DNA of 63,756 nucleotides, the filler included, from Octopus bimaculoides (taxonomy: Eukaryota), in the NCBI RefSeq assembly GCF_001194135.2. It is 4 parts of 4 records of this genome, joined end to end, with 100 filler letters (N's around TTAATTAATTAA, not from the genome) between each part and the next. Parts side by side here need not be neighbours in the genome. Positions count along the whole stretch, not along the records: positions 1 to 21,525 come from NC_068996.1; positions 21,626 to 53,551 come from NC_068987.1; 2 more parts are not named here. One strand, written 5' to 3'. A model generated the notes under the pieces. That model did no database searches. It had not been told where the DNA came from and was given only the letters and a program-made list of their open reading frames with translations. The stretch's first letter is position 1; each line of letters starts with the position of its first letter. A program made the translations under genes and the position numbers. Shown here piece after piece: positions 10,739-22,310 of the stretch.

Positions 10739-11149
10739 TCTAAGTAAGACTGTGAAAAGAAAAACGTTCTGTCCTTCTGGCTGGTGGGATTTTATATTAT
10801 TGAATTTTTGTAAATTCTTTTGTTTATGGTCTCCCGAAAATCTCCCGTTCCTTTGGCGTATTCTCTTTTAGCTTGTAATGAGAAGATATCCAAGGAGATG
10901 TGCAATCAGACTGAACTTGAAAGACATGTGATTTCATAATAAACTTCTTAACTATACAACCATACTTGCACCCGCTCTGTACGAGTCTGTGTATGTTCGA
11001 GTGTGTGGGGGTGCATGACAGTCTGTATACATAAATTGTGGAAAGAAATATCAGTGGTTGAAAACTTCTACATGTTTCATTTTATTATTTTTCTTGTAAT
11101 ACTGAAAACTACCTTCACTTAATTTTCTCTCAGGAAAGGCATCAGTAGA

Positions 11150-11560
11150 TCTGCAAATGCTCCTGATAGCCACGATATCACAGTATTGGTTACCTGTGAT
11201 AACATCGATTTTTAATGTTAATGCTTCTATTACACACAAAATCATTAAAGTCGTTTTTAAACATCGAAACACTGCTCCCTCTACCTCGCTCTACATTTCC
11301 GGTCGTCATTATCACAGTTAATAATGACTTATGCTCCTCTGAACAAGATTCCTTCTACACAAGGTCACTTATCCCACTGCTCCTATCGCCTTCACAGTGT
11401 CTCAAAGATTCCATCCTTACTCCCAAGAACAACAGCTCTCGGGAAATCATTCCCTACCTATATTTTCCATAAAGGACCCACCCTACAGATATTTATCCTG
11501 AATATCAACCACATCAATCTCACCAGTGTATGTGAGCCTCAAAGGTCATGGTCACTGCTC
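11150..11560 (+). mobile_element. Possible very old Penelope-like RT C-terminal remnant
   Basis: Frame-hopping fragments LCSSEQDSFYTRSL, PRTTAL and PTLQIFILN resemble the PLE thumb region; weak. Confidence 0.3.
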
Positions 11561-11950
11561 CACCTCTTCTGAATGACTTATGAAGGAGAAAGACGTCTCC
11601 ACTCCCCACAAAAAAAATAAAATAAAACTAGGTCTGATGATATACAAACATCATTAATGCATGTAACAGCAAGTTTACATGGCAAATACTTGATTGATAA
11701 TACAGAACTCGTATATAAACATCAAAAAAAAAGAAAACAGACATAAGCTATCTGAAACGATCTCCCCCCACCCTACCCTGCCAATTCTCTCTTCAGTCAT
11801 GCAAACTGTAACGAATGCTGACTCTGCGTGCTTACACAGTCGGTGTCTGCGTGCATGACAGCACGCTAAAGATTCAATGATAAACATAGCTTACATATAC
11901 ACAGACAATTCTAGCTTTTAACTGCTATATATGCTGCACATACTAGTGTG

Positions 11951-11989
<39 letters not shown>

Positions 11990-12068
11990 CTTGTATGTGC
12001 GTGTGCGTGTGTGCGTGCGTGCATATACATAAATAATTTAGATATAGATAGATATAAATGCAGCTAAG

Positions 12069-12099
<31 letters not shown>

Positions 12100-12117
12100 C
12101 ATTTATATATATACATT

Positions 12118-12154
<37 letters not shown>

Positions 12155-12656
12155 GTATGTATGTATGTATATATACACACACATCTACTTGCATACGTAT
12201 ACATCTATATACTTATATACATATATGTGTATATATACATGTACGTATGTATGTATGCATGTGCAAATATTTGTTTGCTTGTTCACATTGCTTGTGAATG
12301 TCTTAAATATGAGTTACTTGTTGCTCTATCTGTTACATCTCATAAGGGAGAAGGGTAAACAGACAAAAATTGTAATACAGAGATACTTTTGTCAGTTCAC
12401 ACTGCAGGTTCAAAATTGCAATACAAGTAAATGGACACAAACATGGCTGTGTGGTTAAAGAGTTCACTTGGCAACCACATGGTTAGGATTCAATCTCACC
12501 ATAGGGCACTAGTAAGTGTCTTCTAATATAGCTATCAGTTAACCAATATCTAGTGAATGAAAAGTATGCATATGCATGAGCGTGCATATGTGTATGTTTA
12601 TCTCACTGTGAAGATATACACACACACACATATGCATGTGTGCATATGTTTAAATG

Positions 12657-12719
<63 letters not shown>

Positions 12720-13419
12720 NNNNNNNNNNNNNNNNNNNNNNNNNNNNNNNNNNNNNNNNNNNNNNNNNNNNNNNNNNNNNNNNNNNNNNNNNNNNNNNNN
12801 NNNNNNNNNNNNNNNNNNNNNNNNNNNNNNNNNNNNNNNNNNNNNNNNNNNNNNNNNNNNNNNNNNNNNNNNNNNNNNNNNNNNNNNNNNNNNNNNNNNN
12901 NNNNNNNNNNNNNNNNNNNNNNNNNNNNNNNNNNNNNNNNNNNNNNNNNNNNNNNNNNNNNNNNNNNNNNNNNNNNNNNNNNNNNNNNNNNNNNNNNNNN
13001 NNNNNNNNNNNNNNNNNNNNNNNNNNNNNNNNNNNNNNNNNNNNNNNNNNNNNNNNNNNNNNNNNNNNNNNNNNNNNNNNNNNNNNNNNNNNNNNNNNNN
13101 NNNNNNNNNNNNNNNNNNNNNNNNNNNNNNNNNNNNNNNNNNNNNNNNNNNNNNNNNNNNNNNNNNNNNNNNNNNNNNNNNNNNNNNNNNNNNNNNNNNN
13201 NNNNNNNNNNNNNNNNNNNNNNNNNNNNNNNNNNNNNNNNNNNNNNNNNNNNNNNNNNNNNNNNNNNNNNNNNNNNNNNNNNNNNNNNNNNNNNNNNNNN
13301 NNNNNNNNNNNNNNNNNNATATATATATATATATATAAGCAATAATAAGTCTGTGGGCGGAGGAGGTGTCTTCCTGGGGCTACAAGCTACAGTAGCATCC
13401 ACCCCTAAGGGTTAGCCAC

Positions 13420-13545
13420 ATTTAAGTAGAAACTCTGCCAGATCAGATTGAAGCCTAGTGTAGCCTTCTGGTTTCACCAGTCCTCAGTCAAATCGTCCAA
13501 CCCATGCTAGCATGGAAGGCGGACGTTAAATGATGATGATGATAT
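13420..13545 (+). mobile_element. 3' end of RTE-like LINE with (GAT)n tail
   Basis: Matches the 3' UTR of 17124-19008: CCATGCTAGCATGG..GGACGTTAAATGATGATG. Confidence 0.8.
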
Positions 13546-13799
13546 ATTTATATGCATTAAATTTAGAAAAGGCCGGTTTATGGGATTACTTAGGTTTCAC
13601 ATCCATAAAGGGCTGATCTTTATGGCAGATCATCAGATCCCAAAACTTGTTGACCAAAGGCCTCTCTAGAATATGGAGGAGGAAAGGACCCCACTAATTT
13701 CCTGTTAGAGAAAAGGGACAACAAAAACCAAGGCAGGATGAGTACCTCAAGTCATTTAGAATATTTGATTAGCTAAAGTGAATTTGAAGCAATTAATTA

Positions 13800-14335
13800 T
13801 TGAATGTCTAACAGCTAGGTTAACATCTCCATATGCTGGGTGTTCTTGTTGAGTGATTTGTATCCAGGTATAGGTGGATTATCTGGTATTCCTTGCAAAA
13901 AGTTATCCAGATTCCATTTAAAGGTGATGGGATCCTTTTCCTCTTTGACCTCTTTTGGGACAATTTTAAATAGAGGTGGGCCTGTTGAAGAAAAGAAATT
14001 CCGTTGCAGTGTATTCATGTATGATGATCCTGAATTGGACAGATGTATGACTTGTGGTCCTAGACTTTGATGAATTCTGAAGCTAATGTTGTAGTTGTTT
14101 GAGCAATGCTGGTGGTATATTCTCCACATTGTGCAAATCATGTATCTCTCATGGTGGCACTTGAGAGAATAGAGTTTCAATGCTTTAAGGTGGTCCCAAT
14201 AATTGAGATCAGTCAAGCCCTTAATTCCTTTAGGGAATGCCCTCTTGGGTGATTCAATTTTTGAATAATTTTTTTTTTTGTATAGGGAGACCACAGTGAG
14301 CAGCAGTATTCAAGGTGTGGTTGTACAAAGGAGGC
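13800..14335 (-). mobile_element. CR1/L2-like LINE ORF2 C-terminal fragment
   Basis: QPHLEYCCSLWSPY; YWDHLKALKLYSL..HHERY; GP.LF..VP.....F KW.LD.FL..IPD.P. Confidence 0.85.
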
Positions 14336-14530
14336 AAAAAAAAAGAGGAATGATGATACATTATGATGTATATGTATATATGAGATGATATATATATATA
14401 TAGATAAATAAGATACAGAAGTGTGTTGAAATACCACTTGCTATGTACAGATCTATTGCTCTAAACAACAATTCACTCATTATAAAAATACACATGGTTG
14501 ATGTGATGAACATAACAGAGACAGGCTTAC

Positions 14531-14645
14531 CTTGCATGAAATACATAAGCAAGAATGTGTATATTCCAGGATCTGTAGATTTCACTTTATGTATGAACAA
14601 CATATTTAAGATCATCAGCTGAATCCAACACATAATCAGCAATTT
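14531..14645 (-). other. Candidate 115-bp exon (KLLIMCWIQLMILNMLFIHKVKSTDPGIYTFLLMYFMQ)
   Basis: ATATTTCAG acceptor, strong CAAG|GTAAGC donor, one fully open frame; unique sequence between TEs; no recognised homology. Confidence 0.3.
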
Positions 14646-14844
14646 CTGAAATATTCATCACATTACACCATTTGTGGTTTAGAGTGATAGCTCTGTTCAT
14701 AGTAAGTGGTATTTTAATACACTTCTGTATAATATATTTTACCTATAGATGTCTAAACTTGCTAGCCACTCTATTATTAACATTATTATTAATAACGTTA
14801 GTGATATTTATTTAAATTTTATATATATGTATATATATGATATA

Positions 14845-16072
14845 TACTGGGTGCGTAAAGTATTTGAGGACATACCATTTTGGGGTCATTGCATTTTTTG
14901 CTAACACTGTAATCTTTATTTCAGAAAATAATAATGGCAGACCCTCAGCTTACTCAAGAAATGAAGAGGCATGCTGTTTTTTTTTTGGTTATAAAGGCCG
15001 AGCATAGCAATTTTAAAATATTTCAATTTTTTAAAGTTACCATATCTTTAGTCTACAAAGTTTGTAAGGAGCTAGAGACTGAAGAAGGATACATATCACC
15101 AGTATCAAGGCATAAAAAGGATTCTAAATGTTCTGAAATCATGAGAACACCTGAATTTATCCAACAAGTTCAGCAGACCATTGATTACAATCCCAGAAAG
15201 TCCATGAGGTCAATTGCAAAAGATCTCCATGTGTCAGAAGGAACAATCAGAAATGTCGATGAAGACATCAGATATAAGTCTTATATGATGAGGAAAGGTC
15301 AATTTGTCAGAAAAAGCAAAACAAAATCAATACATCAGATCTAAAAGGCTCTTAAACAAACTGAAAAATCCAGCAGAAGAAGATTTGATTTGGTTTTTCT
15401 CAAGCAAGAAAAACTTCAACCAAGATCAAAAAAGTTAACAGAAGAAATGACAGATTGTTATGTGCAGACCCTTCTGAAGTTCCAAGTGTTATGCATACAA
15501 ATTTTCCTGCAACTGTCATGGTTTTAGGGGTTGCCAGCAATGAAAGATATGTGATGCCTCCTTACTTCTTTCCACAAAGCCCTTAAGTTAACTCTACCAC
15601 CTACATTGAGGCCCTGGAAATAATTGTTAAGTCCTGGATAGACAGTGTATGCAATGGAAGGCCATGTGTGTTTCAGTAAGACTCTGGATAACTGAAGATT
15701 TTCATGATCACGTAACCCCTAACATTTGGCCTCCTAATTCCCCAGATCTCAATCCATTGGACTATCACATGCAGGGCGTTGTTGAGAGAAAGGTCAATGA
15801 ACACACCCATAACACCAAAGGTTCTTTAAAAGCTGCCATAATCAGAGTAATGTCCGAAATGAACCAAGACCACTTGATTCGAGCATGTAGATGATTTAGA
15901 TCTCATACAGACACAGTTGTTGAAGCTGAAGGTGGCTTTATTGAATAACATTATAGAAAAGAAGGTTTTTTTTATCCTCATAACATTTTTTGATAAATGA
16001 AATTATGTTATCATATATCTGGGGTTTTTTTATAAACATAATCTGTCCTCAAATATCTTACACATTTTGTAT
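14845..16072 (+). mobile_element. Decayed maT-like (DD37D-type) Tc1/mariner transposon
   Basis: Imperfect TIRs (..GTAAAGTATTTGAGGACA / TGTCCTCAAATATCTTAC..); transposase motifs RTPEFIQQV..NPRKSMRSIA, FPATVMVLG, WPPNSPDLNPLDY, EAEGG.IE; stops and frameshifts. Confidence 0.9.
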
Positions 16073-16092
16073 ATATATACATATACATATAC

Positions 16093-16133
<41 letters not shown>

Positions 16134-16243
16134 CNNNNNNNNNNNNNNNNNNNNNNNNNNNNNNNNNNNNNNNNNNNNNNNNNNNNNNNNNNNNNNNNNN
16201 NNNNNNATATATATATATATACATATATATATGATATGATATA

Positions 16244-17121
16244 CAGGGTGTTTCAAAAAATTTGATATTTCACAATCTAATAACTTTGCCAGTTCTTGTT
16301 TAAATGACTTCAAATTTTAACAGCATGTGTAGAAACAGGTCAAAATCTTATGCTTAATGTTTGATATTATTTACATTATTTACTTGTGATAGATATTTGT
16401 CAAATGTAAATAATGTACATAATTCCTCGTCTCTTAGATATAGAACTTAATGTTTGATATGTTTATCTTTTCAGGTATAGAAATGGTATTCACTGGAAGT
16501 GAAAATATGTTTTGTGTGTTGGAGTGTGCTCAAACACAGTCAAACAAGCCTGTACAGTGTGCATTTGTGAGAGAGTTCTCTAAAAAGTCACTAACGGCAA
16601 TGCAGATTTAGACATGGCACAAAAAATTCAGAGAAAGGCTGTCTATGCAGGGTAAACGGATCTAGACCACCACCAACATCAGAAGAGACGTTTGAGTGGG
16701 TTCACTAAACACTCTTGTGAAGCCCAAGAAATTAACAAGAACAAGTCTGGAAACTTGTCCTCCAACGACAGTTTGGCACATCCTTAGCAAACGCTTGCTA
16801 ATGAAACCCTACAAGCTGCAACTCATTCAGGCCATAATGGCAGATGACACGTGAAAGTGTAAACAATTCTGTGTTGATATGCAAGAGAAACTTGAAGAGA
16901 GGGACTCACCAAAAGTAAATGAGTTCTGCACCATCTCCAAGAAACATCTTCATGGCCTGTTTTTCTTTGAGGGAAATGTGATCAGTGATGTGAAATTATT
17001 TATGGAATCTGCATACCTTTCAATTTCTCAACATTAAGCCTGTTTAGTTTCATTTGCTTTGACTACGTAGTTTCTGTGATATTTACATCTCAAATGATAT
17101 CAAATTTTTTGAAACACCCTG
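16244..17121 (+). mobile_element. Internally deleted Tc1/mariner element, probably rosa-like, with perfect 25-bp TIRs
   Basis: CAGGGTGTTTCAAAAAATTTGATAT at both ends, TA on both sides; N-terminal remnants FCVLECAQTQS..VQCAF, TVWHIL.KRLLMKPYKLQLIQA. Confidence 0.9.
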
Positions 17122-17123
17122 TA

Positions 17124-19008
17124 TCATCGTTGTTGTCGTTGTCATCATTTAACATCTGCTTTCTATACTGGTGTGGGTTGGACAGTTTGACTGAGCATTA
17201 GCAAACCAGAAGGCTGCACCAAGCTCCAATCTGATCTGGCAAAGTTTCTACAGCTGGATGCTCTTCCTAACACCAACCACTCCAAGAATGTAGTAGGTGT
17301 TTTTTACATACCACCGGTACGAGCACCCAGTCAGGTGGTACTAGTATCGACCATGCTTGAATAGTGCTATTTACATGCCACCGGCATGGGAGTCAGTCAG
17401 GCAACACAAACAACAACCACGCTCAAATGTTGCTTTTTATGTGCCAATGGCATGGGAGCCAGTCAGGCAGCACTGGCAATGACCACACTTGAATGGTGCT
17501 TTTTACATGCCACTGGCATGGGATCAGTCAAGCGGTACTGGCATCAACCATGCTTGAATGGTGCTGTTTACGTACCACCAGCATGGGTGCTTGTCAGACG
17601 GTACTGGCATTGGCCAAAACAATAACTTCACTTGACTCAACAGGTCTTCGCAATCACAGTTTATTGCCCAATGATTGAAAGGTACTCTTAAATGGGCCGG
17701 TAATGCTGCACTGGCATAGGCCACGGTTATGGTCTCACTTGGCTTGCCAGGTCTTCTCAAACAAAATATATCTCCAAAGAATTCGGTCATTCATCATCAC
17801 TTCTGTGAGGCCCAACATTGGAAGGTTGTGCTTCACCACCTCATCCTAGGTCTTCTATAGATTCTCTCTACTGCAGTCCTCATCCATATGCAACACATGA
17901 CCATACTAGCAAAGTCATCTCTCTTGCACACCACATCTGATGCTTCATATGTCCAACTTTTCTCTCAGTGCACTTACACTTTGTCATGTATGCATACAGA
18001 CATTACACATCCAACGGAGCATACTGGCTTCATTTCTTGTGAGCTTACGCATGTCCTCAGCAGTCACGGCCCATGTTTCACTGCCATGTAGTATGGCTGT
18101 TCGTACACATGCGTCATACAGTCTACCTTTTACTCTGAGTGAGAGGCGCTTTGTCACCAGCAGAGGTAGAAGCTCCCAAAACTTTGTCCAGGCTATTCTT
18201 TTTCTAGCAGCTACACTTTCGGTGCACCCTCCCCCCACTACTGACTTGGTTGCCTAAAGGAAGCTATCAACCACTTCTAGTTTTTCTCCCTGGAATGTGG
18301 CAGAAGTTGTTTTCTGCACATTCACAGTGTTTATAGCTCCTGAACATCTGCTACATACAAAAACTAACTTCCTAGTTAGCCTTCCTTTGATATTGCTGCA
18401 CCTCTTATGTGTCCATAGCTTGCACTAGGTGCATCTTATAGAGTTTCTACCTACGCCTTTTCAACAGATTGAGCAGGGCCATCTACCTGAAGGGATTTGT
18501 GATTTGTCTGCCTTCCTACTTATTAAGACTTCAATTCTAGACCTTACTTCCTTACCTGAAACTTCTCTAGTTCTGGTAGTAACTCTGCTATTAGAACAAG
18601 GTCGTCAGCATAGAGAAGCTCCCAGGGGTATCCTGTCTTGAATTCCTCTGTTATTGCCTGGAGGACTACGATAAATAGGAGGGGGATGAGGACTGATCCT
18701 TGGTGGACCCCTACCTCTACCCAAAATTCTTCACTATACTAACCACTCATCTATCCCTAGTTTCCGCACTGACCACCAGATAAGGGATCGGAGCACCCTG
18801 TCAAAGGCTTTATCCATGTCAACGAAAGCTAGGTACAGAGGTTTATCTCTGGTATTTCTCCTGAAGCTGTCTTACCAGAAATATAGCATCGGTGGTGCTT
18901 TTCCCTGGCACAAACCCAAACTGCATCTCGTCTAAACTGACTCTCTCCCTCATTAGTTGCATCATGGCCCTCTCCATGACTTTCATTACCTGATCCAGCA
19001 ACTTGATA
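17124..19008 (-). mobile_element. RTE-like LINE, 5'-truncated (RT, C-terminus, 3' UTR, GAT-like tail)
   Basis: QFGFVPGKSTTDAIF, VGVHQGSVL.PLLF, LLYADDLVL, KGRLYDACVRTAILHGSETW, RWMC. Confidence 0.93.
17305..17620. repeat. Diverged ~65-bp tandem repeat (about 5 units) in the RTE 3' UTR
   Basis: Recurring TTAC(A/G)TGCCACCGGCATGGGAG.CAGTCAGGC...CTTGAATGGTGCT at ~17306, 17371, 17438, 17503, 17568. Confidence 0.85.
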
Positions 19009-19011
19009 TAT

Positions 19012-19735
19012 ACAGGGTGCGATGGGTAGATTGTCACCATTTTATATTTTTTATTTCGTATATGTGCAATGTTTGCTTTTGATTTTGTCAACTACACAGT
19101 ATAGTAGGGTCAGTTGGGCACCATCTGTGAGATACAAAACACCATGATGCAATTTACTCTGCCAGAAATTTTGAACAACATACTGTACTGCTTTGTATTC
19201 AGGCCAAAAGCTCCAGTATGAACATTCAGAGTGTTTGGGTGTCAATCTGAGGACAGTGCAATCTGAAGACATGTACCAAAAGTGATAAGAATCAAACATC
19301 CAGTCAACATCATGGTGTTTCGAGTGAACACTAGTGATGGCAACACTATGCCACCATTCGTCTTCCTACATGGTCTCAGACTCAATATTGAGGCCTACAT
19401 CTGTATCATACCACAGGACTCTGTATCATACCACAAAAGCATGAAAATCCAGTCATGGCTGTCAGACAATTTCTACGACCACGTCACCCCTAACATCCGG
19501 CCACCTAACTCCCCAAACTGCATTATTATTGATTATTAGGTGTGGGGCACATTTGAATGAGAGACCAACAAAACTCTTTGCAACACCAAAGATGGACTGA
19601 AGGCAAGAATTATGGCAGAATTCACCAACTTCATCAAGGAGACTGTCCAGAAGAGTTACTGGAGATTCTGAAGTTGTTTGGAGGTCACGGTTGGGGCCAA
19701 TGGCAATTTTATTGAATAAATTTACTCTTTAGTAT
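19012..19735 (+). mobile_element. Second maT-like (DD37D) remnant, truncating the RTE 5' part
   Basis: TA-CAGGGTGCGATGG end; KHPVNIMVF..TSDGNTMPPF; 37 residues counted between QD and the D of the SPNCIIID motif. Confidence 0.8.
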
Positions 19736-19874
19736 TTCAAGATATTTTTATGTAATTTTGGTAAATAAATCTGTTAAAATGAGATGTCAATGTTATTTTC
19801 ATTTTTGAGTAATTTAGATGTGTGTGTGTATATATATGTATATGATATGATTTATATATATATATATCATAGAC

Positions 19875-20225
19875 ACAGGTGTGGCTGTGAGGTAAGAAGC
19901 TTCCCAACCACATAGTTCTAGGTTCAGTTCCTCTATGAGGCACCTTAGTCCGACCAAAGCCTTGTGAGTGGATTTGCTAGATGAGCGCTGAAAGAAGCCC
20001 GTCTTACATATATATTCTTTTCTTTTTATTTGTTTCAGTCTGACTGTGGCCATGATGGAGCAGTGCCTTTAGTCAAAGAAATCAACCTCAGGGCTTATTT
20101 TCTGTGAGCCTAGTAGTTATTCTGTCAATATCTTTTGTTGAACCCCTTAGTTACGGGGACGTAAACTCACCAACATCGGTTGTCAAGCAATGGTGGAGGG
20201 ACAAACAAAGACACAAATAATAAAT
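19875..20225. mobile_element. Two SINE B halves in opposite orientation (+ 5' half, - 3' half)
   Basis: Family B head at 19875 (+); reverse-complement tail and body from ~20025. Confidence 0.8.
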
Positions 20226-20331
20226 ACATACATGTATGTGTATACATATATATATATATATTGATTGAAAGGACAACAAAAGAAAGAAAGAGACCTCGAT
20301 ATTATGTAAATCGAGGAATTTATCTGTAAAT

Positions 20332-20432
20332 AATATGTGACAATTACTCGGTAGCCATGATAAAACTCCGATTTTCTCCACCCCGGCATCCGAAACTCGG
20401 AGTTTTATCATGGATACCGAATAAGTGTCACA

Positions 20433-20436
<4 letters not shown>
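20332..20436. repeat. 105-bp fold-back hairpin (~42-bp arms)
   Basis: AATATGTGACAATTACTCGGTAGCCATGATAAAACTCCGA mirrored by TCGGAGTTTTATCATGGATACCGAATAAGTGTCACATATT; right side begins with CCGAAACTCGGAGT. Confidence 0.9.
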
Positions 20437-20510
<74 letters not shown>

Positions 20511-20519
20511 TATATACAA

Positions 20520-20910
20520 TGTGCTTCTTTTAGTTTCCATTTACCAAATCTACTCACAAGGCTTTAGTTGACCTGAGGCTACAGTAGAAGATACTTGCTC
20601 AAGGTACCATTTGGTGGGACTGAACCCGGAAGCATGTGGTGAGTAAGCAAGCTACTTACCACGCAGCCATTCCTGTGCCTGCATATGTATATATGCATGT
20701 ATATGTTTGTGCGTGCGTGTTTGACCCTCCGTAATCGCTTGACAACCAATGTTGGTTTGTTTACATCCCAATAATTTAGCAGTTCGGCAGAAGAGACCAA
20801 TAGAATAAGTACTAGACTTACAAAGAATAAAACCTGGGGTCAAATTTTCTCAACAAAAGGTGGTGCTCCAGAGTGTCCACTTTCAAATGACGGAAACAAA
20901 TAAAAGAGTA
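20520..20910. mobile_element. Two SINE B halves (- 5' half, + 3' half)
   Basis: Matches family B as seen elsewhere in the window. Confidence 0.8.
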
Positions 20911-20917
20911 TATATTT

Positions 20918-21145
20918 ACTACACTCCCGGAGTGGTTGGCGTTAGAAAGGGCATCCAGCTGTAGAAACTCTGCCAAATCAGATTGGAGCCTGGTGTAGCC
21001 ATCTGGTTTCACCAGTCCTCAGTCAAATCNNNNNNNNNNGAGCCTGGTGTAGCCATCTGGTTTCACCAGTCCTCAGTCAAATCGTCCAACCCATGCTAGC
21101 ATGGAAAGCGGACGTTAAACGATGATGATGATGATGATGATGATA
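20918..21145 (+). mobile_element. RTE-like LINE 3' end with (GAT)n tail
   Basis: Matches the 3' UTR of the 17124 element; ~40 bp duplicated across the N-gap. Confidence 0.85.
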
Positions 21146-21159
21146 TATAATCCATTTTT

Positions 21160-21525
21160 CATTTTTCCTTTTATCTAGTTTCAGCTCATGAGCTGTGGCC
21201 ATGCTGGGCACCGCCATTTGGTGTTGCTACACAATTTTACTTCATGAATTTTACTTCAGGAATTGACATTTGGTGCATGAGAGAGTTTGATGCAGCTGCT
21301 CTCATCTGCGCCTCCTGCCGTGAAGTTGGTTCATGTGGGACACCTGACAGGAAGAGGTCCAGCCTTGTCTTGAAGACACCTACATCCACCGCATGCAGGT
21401 CTCTCAGGTCCTTCGGGAGTATATTGAAGAGCTGTGGACCTTTGAAGCCCAGGCTATTGCAGTATCTTGTCCTACATCTTGATGGCAAATTTGGAGTCCT
21501 TGGCACTATGCAATGGCGTCCAGTT
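21160..21525 (-). mobile_element. CR1/L2-like LINE 3' end including 3' UTR and tail
   Basis: NSLGFKGPQLFNILPKDLRDL..FKTRLDLFLSGVP.EP; 3' UTR ends GGCGGTGCCCAGCATGGCCACAGCTCATGAGCTGAAACTAGATAAAAG. Confidence 0.88.
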
Positions 21526-21569
21526 NNNNNNNNNNNNNNNNNNNNNNNNNNNNNNNNNNNNNNNNNNNN

Positions 21570-21581
21570 TTAATTAATTAA
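21570..21581. other. Artificial six-frame-stop linker TTAATTAATTAA inside an N-gap
   Basis: Flanked by 44 N on each side; same construct at 53596-53607 and 59206-59217. Confidence 0.95.
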
Positions 21582-21625
21582 NNNNNNNNNNNNNNNNNNN
21601 NNNNNNNNNNNNNNNNNNNNNNNNN

Positions 21626-21677
<52 letters not shown>

Positions 21678-22203
21678 TGTATATATACATACATATATAT
21701 ATATACACATATATATACACATATATATGTACACACACAGTATATATATATATATGTATATATAGACACACACATCAAAGTGTGTGCATACATACTTACA
21801 TACATACGTACACACACACACATACACACATGCATAATACATACATACATACATACATACATACATACATACATACATACATGTATATATATATATATAT
21901 AATTCGGTGATGATAGAAATGGTGTCCACGTTGATGATTATAATGACGATGGAGATTACTGAAAGTCTTGTGAACTCTCGATAATTCTGTGGAAAGTCTC
22001 TATAAGATACTCTCTTTAACCACAGTAAAGATTGTGTGTGTGTGTGTGTGTGTGTTCATGTATGCCTATATGCATGTTGGTGCTTATTGGCAAAGGCGTG
22101 TGTATGTGCATATGCATGCATATGTACTCCTGCACAAGGGCGTGTTTGTATCTGATGTGTGCTCGTCTGTATGTTTTCTGCAGATTAAACTGCCATGTGT
22201 AAA

Positions 22204-22310
22204 TAGAAGAAGAAGAAGAAGAAGAAGAAGAAGAAGAAGAAGAAGAAGAAGAAGAAGAAGAAGAAGAAGAAGAAGAAGAAGAAGAAGAAGATGAAGAAGA
22301 AGAAGAAGAT
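22204..22310. repeat. (GAA)n microsatellite
   Basis: Direct reading. Confidence 0.98.

Noticed and set aside
11837-11866. 30-bp minus-strand microexon candidate (AG...GTAAGC)
   Set aside because: Splice dinucleotides alone at this size are expected by chance.
17305-17620. CRISPR-like regular repeats
   Set aside because: Whole units are homologous with no unique spacers, lie within a LINE UTR, and no cas genes are present.
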